Part shown: positions 53,369 to 64,000 of the stretch, in pieces
How positions within the stretch are numbered: position 1 is the stretch's first letter
Layout of the letters: every line of letters begins with the position of its first letter
Assembly: GCF_009914755.1 (NCBI RefSeq)
Contig: NC_060931.1
Reading direction: 5' to 3' (one strand)
Source of the DNA: the human T2T-CHM13v2.0 reference genome, Homo sapiens
Length of the DNA stretch: 64,000 bases
Translations under genes and position numbers: made by a program
Notes under the pieces: model-generated
What the model saw: only the letters and a program-made list of their open reading frames with translations
Databases searched by the model: none
Told to the model about the DNA's origin: nothing

Positions 53369-54514
53369 TGTTGCTGGTGAGCAGGTACGGATTCTTGACT
53401 TCACCGCACAAAAGAACTTGAGAGCGAGCCTAAAGTAAGAGTAAGCAAAGTTTATTTATTGCAAAGCAAAAGTACACTCTGAGAGGCAGAGCAAGCTACT
53501 CAGAGGCAGACAGCAGCTAGTGCCTCAAAGGAATTCCTTTTATGGGAGCTGTACATACATTTTCGTAAAATACGACCTGGGAAGGTCAAATATGCAAAGG
53601 CAGACCTGCAGCTGGAGCATGCGCTTAGCAGTAACACACACCGCATGTATCATGCCCTAATACAAATCATGTGTATCATTAGCATATAAAATCTCCACCT
53701 AGGGGTGCTTTTTTTTATTATTAAAATGAGGAAAAGTTTACTAAAAGCTAAACCTTGATTCTAGCTGCATATGCAGGACACCAGAGAAGCCCCCGGCCAC
53801 CCACTTTCCTTTCTCCTCCCCCTTCCCTTCCCCCAAGGCAGGAATTTGTACCTAATAGCTTCTTGGGCTTTTGGTGCCGATTGGTTGGAGAATGGGGAAA
53901 TTCCATCAGGAATAAGAAACTTTTGTTCTCTTTCCCAGGCCACACTGGATGTCAGGAACTTGTAACCATCTGGTTGGTGGTCTGCTGGTATCCTGTAGGA
54001 CTGCTTACCTTGCCAAAGAAGTGCTGATGCACACAAGGATGCAAGGGATGTAGGGCTGTCTGTGGAGGGGCCCGTGGGGCTTCACACAAGGGGACAAGTC
54101 AGTATAACCCCGATATGATTTGGCTGTGTGGCCCCAACCAAATCTCATCTCGAATTATAATCCCCACGTATCAGAGGAGGGGCCTGGTGGGAGGTGATTG
54201 AATCATGGGGGCCAATTTCCCCCTTGCTGTTCCCATGATAGTGAGTGAGTTCTCATGAGATCCTTTTGTTTAAAAGTGTGTGGCACTTCCCCCTTCTCTC
54301 TCTCCTGCTCCTCCATAAGACCTACTTGCTTCCCCTTCGCCTTCCACCATGATTGTAAGTTTCCTGAGGCCTCCCAGCCAGGCTTCCTGGACAGCCTGCA
54401 AAACTATGAGTCAATAAACCTCTTTTCTTCATCAATTACCCAGTCTCAGGTAGTTCTTTATAGCTGTGTGAAAATGAACTAATACAGCTCCCTAACCTTA
54501 CTTATCCTGCCTCA
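53369..54514 (-). mobile_element. ERV1 (MER4-group-like) solo LTR, subfamily unresolved
   Basis: TG...CA ends, 4-bp TSD GTTT (53365-53368, 54515-54518), minus-strand AATAAA near 53455. Confidence 0.6.
54111..54486 (+). mobile_element. THE1D-like MaLR LTR nested in the ERV1 LTR
   Basis: GATATGATTTGGCTGTGT...AAATCTCATCTCGAATT...AACTAATACA. Confidence 0.85.
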
Positions 54515-55379
54515 GTTTGACTGTTGTTTTAAAATTAAAATCACCCTACTTTGAAATTAGAACAAAATCACAAAATTTTATTAATTTACGTACCAAATCT
54601 TTTAAAACTCATAGGTCTACTTTATATTGCTCGCAATCCAGGAAGAAAAAAGGAAAAAGGGAAAGTGAGAGAGAAAAATATAGAATATGAATGGCAGAGA
54701 GAAAAAGCCAAGACACACATGGAGAACAATGATAGAGGATGTAAGTGATTCAAGAGGCATTGAGGCAGGAAGAAGAGTGTTGACTTAGGGAGAGATGGAG
54801 ATGACGGTAGAGGGAAGAAGTGGTCAAAAAGGCGGAGGAGGAGGAAGCCGCAAAAGACACATCCCTGGACTCAGGAAATAAATCACCCAGTTGTCTGGAG
54901 CTGAGCAGACTAGGCAAAATGGCAGCATGCTAACCTTGAAAACGTTCTGGAAAAAATTGCTTAATAAAATGTATATATTAGGTTCTAAAAAAATTATCTT
55001 TGACATTCTGACTGAAGGAATTCATGTTCCTCATTCAATATGGAAATAAAACAAAATGTATTTCCATGTGACAGAAATATTTCTCACATAACAATTTTCT
55101 TCCTTTTAATTCAAGAAACCAGGAAGGAACTTTGCCATGAGAAAAATGGAAGAGAATTTTTACTGGCCTATCACTCATAAACTATTTTTCTTCCCCATTT
55201 CTTATCCTTTACTTTCTATTTCACCATACTGCCTTATCTGGTCATGTGTGTATGTATCTCTATCTATCTATCTATCTATCTAATATATGCTTTCATTTTT
55301 CTTACTTTTCCCTCAAAACATACGTGCCCTCTTCAATTATTTTGTGAATGTTAGAAATCTATTAAAACATACCATCATT

Positions 55380-55689
<310 letters not shown>

Positions 55690-56193
55690 TTATTATTTCA
55701 ACATGATAACCTATGTTCACTGATTATGTTTTTATTCATTCCTGAGAAAAATTAATGTGAACTGTTCATTTTATCACAACTCAATATCAACCCTGATTTT
55801 ATTTTTAGCTCATTGCTGAAACTAAGAAATGTCCATTGACTTTCTGAAAGCAATAGCATAATGCTTCTACTTTTGTCATTAATGACAGTGATTGTGATAG
55901 ATGAGCACCTCAAAGTTTCTCTGCATAAACATAGAACTAACTCAGAAAATTGTTCTTTAAAAAATATACACACCTGTTATTAATATAGTCACTACGTAAA
56001 TACTCAGTCTTAAGACGGAGGAGTATGCAACTTCACTAACTATAATTGTTTACTAAAATAAATATTTCCATGCTATCCATAATGCTTTTAGTAAAAAAGG
56101 GAGGCTCATAACAATTGTAGTGCAAATTAAATCTGAATTTAAAAAACGCACAATTCTAATTGTTGAATTCCGAAAATAAATAGCCCAAATCAT

Positions 56194-56230
<37 letters not shown>

Positions 56231-57428
56231 TATTTTAGAACTCTCGAGAGATATGTGAAGGAAGGGATCCAGAATCCAAAGTAAAAGTCCACCACATATT
56301 CACAGCTGTGGCATCTTCCACCGCCTAGAAACTTACCCAGGAGTAAAGGCTTTCCTAACTCAGCAGCCTTAATGACTTGCCCAGAGGAACCTGGTCCAAA
56401 AGGCGCTCTCCAGGTTAGTGTAGTTTGTCCCTAAGCAGACTTCAGATAGTAGGCTGAGAGCGCATTTGGATGAGCTTACTAAATGGAAAGCCTTCCTTTT
56501 TTTTTGAAGTTCTGAGTGGATGCTGTAACTTTAGTCTTCCTCCAAAACTATTTGGAATCTCTGAAAACCTTCATAAACTCAAGAAAGGACCTATGTTTCT
56601 CATGGTCTCCAAACATAGCATTCCCAAGATGCTGCTTGAACTTGTAGGGTGTTTTCTCTGACTGGGCTGCCTTCTGGCACCAGATTTTTTTCTGCAAGAT
56701 TAGTCCAGAATACTGTGGGAAAGAGCTCCCTCTCCTGCCGCGCAGAAGGTAATGCTACTGGATACGATTGCCTGAGTAGGCTAACTGCTTCCAGAAGCCA
56801 AACTTTAATTTGATCACGTGAAGTTTGCACTCTGGTTTGGATAGATCTTTTCTATATTTATAGTCCTTGATTTGTAAGTCCAAGTTTTATATATAAACAA
56901 ATGCATAATTAAAACATCCATTCTAGATTGCTTGTATAAACAAAATGTATAATTTGCACTACAGATTTTCTTCAGAAAAACAACAATTACTTCGTATGTG
57001 CTTTTGGAACTAATAGAAATCTGTTCAGCTGTGATTTATATGCACTTCCAAAGTGAGATTGTTACAGAGGAAATTGTGGTAGTTAATCAACATGCAAATG
57101 ACTTGTTTATGTATGACTTAAAATGAATTTTGACAGAAGTATGAATGCCAAATTTAAATCTTTAGCCTTGCAATGAAAATTACACAAACCACAGAAAGAT
57201 CTGACTTACCTATAGAAATATTGAAGTTAAAGAGTTTTAATTAATGCTTGCCAGATTAATACTTTTCACTTGTTGATAACAGGTCAAATAAAAACTCAAA
57301 ATGCTAGAAGTAAAAAAACACTTTTTTACTCAAAACCTTTCCTGTCACCTTCATCTGCAACATGTTATGTTACTCATTCTAGTAAATAGTTTTTAGGCAT
57401 GTCTTCAGAATTCAAATTAGTATATCTA

Positions 57429-57787
57429 TGATATGGTTTGGCTTTGTGTCCCCACCGGAATCTCATCTTGAATTGTAATCCCATAATCCCTCGGTGCTGT
57501 GGGAGGGACCCATGGGAGGTAATTGAATCGTGGGAGCGGTTTCCCCCATGATGTTCTCGTGATAGTGAGGGAGCTCTCATGAGATCTGATGGTTTTATAA
57601 GCGTCTGACATTTCCCCTCCTGGCACTCATTCTCTCTCCTGCCACCCTCTGAAGAGATGCCTTCTGCCATGATTGTAGGTTTCCGGAGGCCTCCCTAGCC
57701 ATGCAAAACTGTCAGTCAATTTCTTTTCCTAATAAATTACCCAGTCTCAGGTATTTCTTCACAGCAGCGTGAGAACAGACTAATACA
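57429..57787 (+). mobile_element. THE1 (B/C-like) solo LTR
   Basis: TGATATGGTTTGGC...GACTAATACA; perfect TSD ATCTA. Confidence 0.9.
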
Positions 57788-58322
57788 ATCTAAGTGGCCA
57801 TACTGACAGAATTATTTTTCTCTGTTTATAAATATTTGAAGTACTACAGTTTCTGAATCTCAAACATGAAAGTTCTTTTCACATTTGTTAGGAACTTTAC
57901 AAGGTTTTAAATAAAAGAAAGGAGTTGTTATGAAAAAGGAAGATGAAAACAGAAACAAAAAAGTAATTAAAGCAATTCTCAGTAGTTGTCCCTCACCTGT
58001 GCTTTAATTCTCACACTGAATTGGAAAATCCCCAAATTAATATGAATTAACATTTATTGAGTGTTCCACAAATGTTAGCTACTATTATCTACTAGGCACT
58101 GTGCTGATTGCATTACATTCCTTATCCCCTTTAAACTTCAAGACTTCAAGGAAATTTAAGCAAATTGAGGCCAAAAGAGTTAAATAACGTGACCAAACTC
58201 ACACTGCCAGGAAGTGGTGGAGCTGTATTTTCAGCCAAGGTCTGGCTCCAGACCCCATGGTATTAACCGCTACCCTGTACATTTCAGACTAAATGATTTA
58301 TTAACAACTATGATTTCTCTGA

Positions 58323-58643
<321 letters not shown>

Positions 58644-59168
58644 GCTTTGCCATTTCTTGAGTACACTACTGGTTAATGAATTTTGTGTGGAACTGAAGTT
58701 AGAGTTAACAGAGCCAGGATAGCATATAAAATGCCAACAAGAAAAGAGCCCCAAAAGGAGAAATACTAGCTTTTGATGTGAGAGACAACAGAGAGTCAAA
58801 AGAGGATAAGTAGAATAAGACAAGTGAATTTGGTCAGATCTGGGCAGAGATTAACTTAAATGACAAGGCTTCAGTATAGAGAATGGGATGGGTGTAAGAA
58901 AATTCTATATATATACATATGTATATATATATGTATATAATGTAGTTATGAGGTGGAAAAGAAGAAAATAGTAATCAAAAAGGTGAAGATGGAAAGGAAA
59001 AGAGAAGAAAAAAAGAGAGTAAAATGTATTTAGAATTTTCCACGGGATAAGCATTTTTATGTCACTGCATATAATTTTCATATTAACTGCCAAGCACATA
59101 ATAACTTAGAATACTTTTTCTCATTTTTAAAGATGAAAGTACTAAACAACATTTTGGAGAAGACTTAC

Positions 59169-59225
59169 CTGATAGAATTTGAAGAGCCAAGACTTGAACT
59201 CACATCCTTTGATTCCAATATTGCC
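59169..59225 (-). CDS. C7orf77: Putative C7orf77 coding exon 2 (GNIGIKGCEFKSWLFKFYQ), antisense MIR-derived
   Basis: CACAG|GGC...CAG|GTAAGT, 57 nt, phase 0-0, open; gene name from recollection of the peptide, not a search. Confidence 0.6.
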
Positions 59226-59714
59226 CTGTGGGTTTAAGCATAAAGAGGGAGGGAACTATAGAGAGACATCCTAGATGATTTTGAATAGATATCATTTGGT
59301 TGCTATATTGAAAATATTTTGGATATTACTTATAGTTATGATACATATTTATTAAACAAAATGGAAAAAACATTTTCTAAAATTTCCTCCTGTTTGTTGC
59401 ATTCATTTTAAAAGAAAAATATTTATACTTTTCTTGTTGTGAATTGGAATGCATTTTTATAATTCTGAAAATGAACTTTTTCATTTCTGTTTATACCATC
59501 GTAGAAAGGGAGAATTATGCTTGAAACAGAGTCTGTCAGGCATTGGTATAGATCCCTTTCTGCATCATTTGGGTCCAAAGGAAGAGGAAAAGGGATAAAT
59601 CATGACCAGCTAAGAGATCCAATAAATTGGAGGAAATTAGGAGGTGCACACTTTTTGTTTGGAGACGCTATTTTCTTTGTTTTGACTGACAGCCCAAAAT
59701 TATCTAAGATAGGG

Positions 59715-59717
<3 letters not shown>

Positions 59718-59746
<29 letters not shown>
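59718..59746. repeat. (GT)n microsatellite
   Basis: Seen directly. Confidence 0.9.
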
Positions 59747-59747
<1 letters not shown>

Positions 59748-61006
59748 ACCTGAAAACAGTAAGTCAGGCGTATGCACCATGATCATTGTGTCCTGGGCAC
59801 CAGATAAGGTCCGAGCTCCCCAGATGGTGAGCGCCAAGGGTTACATTGAGATCTCCGCTTATTCCCAGGTACACTTGCTATGAGGTGGCAGGTTAAGTTT
59901 GGTCTTCTTTCGCTCCTCTTTTATTTGCTCTACATGGGGTAGAAATCTCCCAACGTTTGTGGAGAGTGACTGTCACTATTTCATATTTAACTGCACTGGT
60001 GAAGAGTTTATTTTCCTTTAAAATTGTTTTTATTTTTGTTAAATAACCACTTTGTCATTTTAATGGCAATCTGCATAGAGGGAGTTAGATATGCGCTAAT
60101 GTTGTCATCTTAAATCTAAGTTAGTTTTGAGGGAACCATTATCACACATTTTGAATGAAGTTAACATCATTCAAAACTAACGTGGGAAATCCTTTAAGTG
60201 ATTGTTTTTTGCAAATTTGCAAACCTAGAGTATATCTCAAAATACTCTCAAGTATATAGCCTTGTATTCATGAAAGAATCAGATTTTAAGTGAGGGATTT
60301 TATTTTCCTTCAAATAAATGGATTTAATGTTTCTCTTAATTATGTGTCACAAATTGGACTAAAATCTCACAGGGCCTGCCCATACAGGAATCTAAACAAT
60401 ACCAGTTTGTAGAGTCCAGGGGAATGTAAGAAAAATACTTTTTTCTTTTAGGTATTTATTCAAATAACATACCATTCAAGGGATTCATTTGTAAGTCATT
60501 TAAATAATTTTAAGGAGGAAGTCAAATCCTATACAAACTAATAAATTATAAGCAAATATTTATGAAAGTTCATTTCACTGCCTATGGGAAGGTTACTCTT
60601 CCTCTTTTACTGGATTGTTCTATACTACTAAGAAAGAAACACTGAAGTTCCCTGTGGATGGATAATCAGTATATGCCCACAAAGACTGGAAATCATGTTG
60701 TTTGGAGACATACATCTACAGCCTCACAACTAATCCAAAAGTCACAGACACACATTTGTTGATTGCACTTCCTTCCCTTTCACAAGATTTCCATTTCTCA
60801 TCTCTCCTTTGAACCCATTTTCTTCTTTTCTGTTCCTCATCTCCACATGTTTCTTTGGTCTATTTAGTTTTTTTCTTCAGGTAATCTCTCAGTTTTTCAA
60901 GCATCTTTATTGTGTATTTTTCTGTTAGTCTCTCTTCCCTTTTACATAATCTGACATTTACGCTTTCTCTTTTTTGCCCATTATATTATCTGCCATTTCT
61001 ATCTCT

Positions 61007-61431
61007 TATTAAACCAAACTAAATATGGCCTGAGAAGGACTCCATACTTCTATATTTGCGTCCTTGTGGATGAACTGCAACCTAACTGAATAGGTAGACA
61101 AGATTGAAAACTTAAGAGTATGCCCTGTAATAATCACTGAGTCTTGGCCAATCCCAGCAGCCATATTTCAACCAGTTATACACTGCTGAGCGTTCAAACT
61201 GTGTTCAATAAGGCAAACGCCAAGCTGTAACCAATCCAGCTGTTTCTGTACCTCACTTTAGATTTCTGTACCTCACTTTACTTTTTTTGCCTATAAATTT
61301 GTTCTGGCCTTGAGGGACCCCTGGAGTCTCTCTGAATCTGCAGTGATTCTGGGGGCTTCTCGATTCACGAATCGTTCATTGCTCAATTAAACTCCTTTAC
61401 ATTGAATGTGGCTGAAGTTTTTCTTTTAATA
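61007..61431 (+). mobile_element. MER57-like ERV1 solo LTR
   Basis: AACTAAATATGGCCTGAGAAGGACTCC...CCAAT boxes, CTATAAAT, ATTAAA; near-TSD CTCT/CTCC. Confidence 0.75.
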
Positions 61432-61892
61432 CTCCTATCCTTATTGTCCCCATTCTCTCCTTTATAATTTCAACCACCCACTTTATCCCTCTTCTCTTTC
61501 CCACAAGGATAAAGCACTCCTGTAATTCCAATTTACCTCCCATGATAAGTAGATTCCACTGTTGTTTTTTTCTTTGTTTTTGGTTTTGCTTTGGCAATTC
61601 TCTTTCTTTCCCAAGGAATAGAAAAGATTCAATTCAGAAACAACATTCAAATTATCATTTGCTCTAGTAAGTATAATTGGCATTTGTTAACTTTTAATAA
61701 AAGGATATTTTAACCATAAAATGCATTTTATATATATATATATATTCTAGAGCAGAGCTCTCAGTCTTGTTGCTGATGAGAAGCATTTTGTTCTCCGTTA
61801 TAAAATGTACTCTTCCTCTGAGACACACATCATGCTTCCTTGACACAAGCCAGCCTTTTCTTTATTTCCATTGTCTTAGTTTCTGATCATAC

Positions 61893-61973
61893 CTCCATGT
61901 TTGTCAAAGAGTAGATTTCTGCTTCATCCTGCGTGATTTCAGGAGCCTTGGTACAAACCCTTTCTGCTCCCAT
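61893..61973 (-). CDS. C7orf77: Putative C7orf77 first coding exon (MGAERVCTKAPEITQDEAEIYSLTNME)
   Basis: GTAATGG Kozak context, 27 open codons, GAG|GTATGA donor in phase with 59225; gene name from recollection. Confidence 0.6.
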
Positions 61974-62559
61974 TACTTCCAGTAACTTTCACCATCACTC
62001 TCAGGAAGCCCTCTCTCAGAAGCGGATTTCTGCCTGCTTCACTTTAACGTCTCTCAAGTTGGATACCCAGCGTGGTCCTCCTACTGAAACAAGAGTGCCA
62101 GCTATACCAACAGAAAATCTTTTTACATGCCTATCTGATTTGGCTCAAAATGAAGGAGCAGAGAGCCCAACTCTGAAGTGAAAGCAGAAACACTGAGCAG
62201 TAAATGACAAAATTAGCTTTGCTCTCAGTGGTTTCTGACAACCCCGTGGCAGGACTGGGGTGGAAGGAGGAAGGAGATAAAGCCTAAAACCTTAATACAG
62301 CTTGGACCCCAGAGTACTAAACGATCGGAGCAAAGGTGAATGAGAAGTAAATCCTCTCCTTTAGAAAAGGATCAAAAAGAAATATGTCTGTCCAGAACTT
62401 GGTGCCTCCTTAGAGGATTTATAACCATTAGCAAGCTTTCTCGCGAGTCTTTAGTTCAAATTTTCACCATTTTTCTTGTCTGAAGAAAGTTTGAGGGGAA
62501 ATTTTAAGTTAAGTTAGTCCTGGCTTTAGTTTTCTAAAAATAGAACTTCAAGATATTGA

Positions 62560-62885
62560 AAAGATAAACCTTAAAATGAAGAAACCCAGAGAAAGGATTA
62601 TACAGCAGATTTGTATAGTTGAAAAGAGAATGATTGAATCTGCAGGGAAAAGAAATTATCCAGAATGTGAAAGCACAAGTAGGAAAAGTAAATGACAGAG
62701 TAAAAGAAATATGCAGCTATTCAAAGTTCCAGAAAGAATAGCAGAGACATTGGAAGAGATGGTGGCTAAAGCTTTTCCAGAACTGTTAAGGGACATCGGT
62801 ATTTAAATTCAGGAAGCTCAATGAATCCCAAGCTGAAAACAATTAATTAACACCTAAAACCATTATAATAAAATTGCAGGGGCCC
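62560..62885 (+). mobile_element. Old L1 ORF1-like fragment
   Basis: TTTTCCAGAACTG...ATTCAGGAAGCTCAATGAATCCCAAG...ACACCTA...ATAATAAAATTGCAG. Confidence 0.55.
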
Positions 62886-64000
62886 CTAAGGGCAAAGAAA
62901 TTATAAGCTATAATTTTTTGCTCTCAATGATGTCACTGTCTGCAGTCGGGTAGAAGACCCTGAATTTCCTGTTTTACGGCATTTATTTTTGGAATGAGAG
63001 GCCCTCATGACTGTTGGGTCTGTTAATCCTGGTTTCCCTCTCCATCCCACTTTCATTTCCCCATAGCACTCGTTAATAGGAAGACTAACTCCTGCAAACC
63101 TATAATTTCATTCTGGCTCCAATGAAGTCCTGAAAATCCAGAATCTCAAATACAGCAGTCTATCTAAAACAGGGTGGAGACTCAACATCTCTCCTTCCCA
63201 ACGCTGCTCTTTGTGATCCTCTAACTTTACTTTTCAATCGTTGGTGCTTGTCTATGTCCATTGCATATTTAGCTGACTTCTCAGCACATGCCTCATTTTT
63301 GTTTCTCTTTTGGACCCAAAGGATCATCATTTCTATGAAGCAAAAATGAGACACAAAACTGTACAGGTAGAATGACCTTTACCTCCACTCAGCACATAAA
63401 AACACACACACACACACACACAGGCACACATACTTGCACACATTTCCAAAGGGCTGTTAATGTTAGGATAGGAGAAACCACTGGTAGGACATCAGAAGAA
63501 CTGGAATTTAAAGGAATAATAAAGTGATGAATCAGCAGAGGTTAACTCAGGTAAAGAGATGTCAAAGATGTAACTTGGATAAGAGCAACTACTCTACTAA
63601 TGAGCTTCCATCTGGAAGATGTCAGAAGAATGTCACTGAAGGAAATTTTTCTGTTTCTTCTGAGTAACAGAGACAAGTTCTTTTAGTATGATGTCATTTA
63701 GTCTATACAACCTTCTATTCCTTCTTAACTCTCTCATGAATTGACCTCCTGGTAATTCTCATTCACTGAAAGCTTGAGGATCTGATTCGCAGTTTTCATC
63801 TCTGCCTCAATCTTCATTTTACAATTCAAAAAAAAGTGGAAATCTCATGCAGCACTACATCTACTGTTTCCTTGGCTTTCTGTCTCCAGTGATCTTAATG
63901 GTCTTCACCTCCGCTCCACTTTAGTTACAGACACTCAATACCATACCCTAGGCTTTATCATCACCTGCTGTTTCTCCACCTCTGAAATCTTAACCCGAAA

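Noticed and set aside
56196-56229. 34-nt poly-T suggesting a retrocopy tail
   Set aside because: No TSD or recognisable parent sequence found next to it
61243-61280. 18-bp direct repeat TTTCTGTACCTCACTTTA
   Set aside because: Appears to be an internal repeat of the MER57-like LTR

Overview
Primate, apparently human, genomic DNA containing the complete two-exon GPR37 gene on the minus strand (exon 1 CDS 36329-35307, 16.6-kb phase-0 intron, exon 2 CDS 18698-17880; 613 aa). Its promoter is a CpG island and its 5' leader carries several uATGs. Downstream and convergent is a 5.6-kb deleted, non-coding HERV-H provirus (515-6095, two LTR7, tRNA-His PBS, ATACA target duplication). A dense nest of L2, L1, MaLR, MLT2, MER30 and Alu elements lies at 6.7-14.6 kb. 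Upstream, two small in-frame minus-strand exons match my recollection of the C7orf77 N-terminus, and one of them is an exonised MIR. I found no wholly new biological system. The most unusual observations are two near-perfect template-switch scars 1.5 kb apart upstream of GPR37, an ancient inverted duplication of an L1/MLT2 junction, start-stop uORFs plus a strong cryptic donor in the GPR37 leader, and a nested L-R-R Alu. Repeat subfamily names are by eye and need RepeatMasker/Dfam confirmation.
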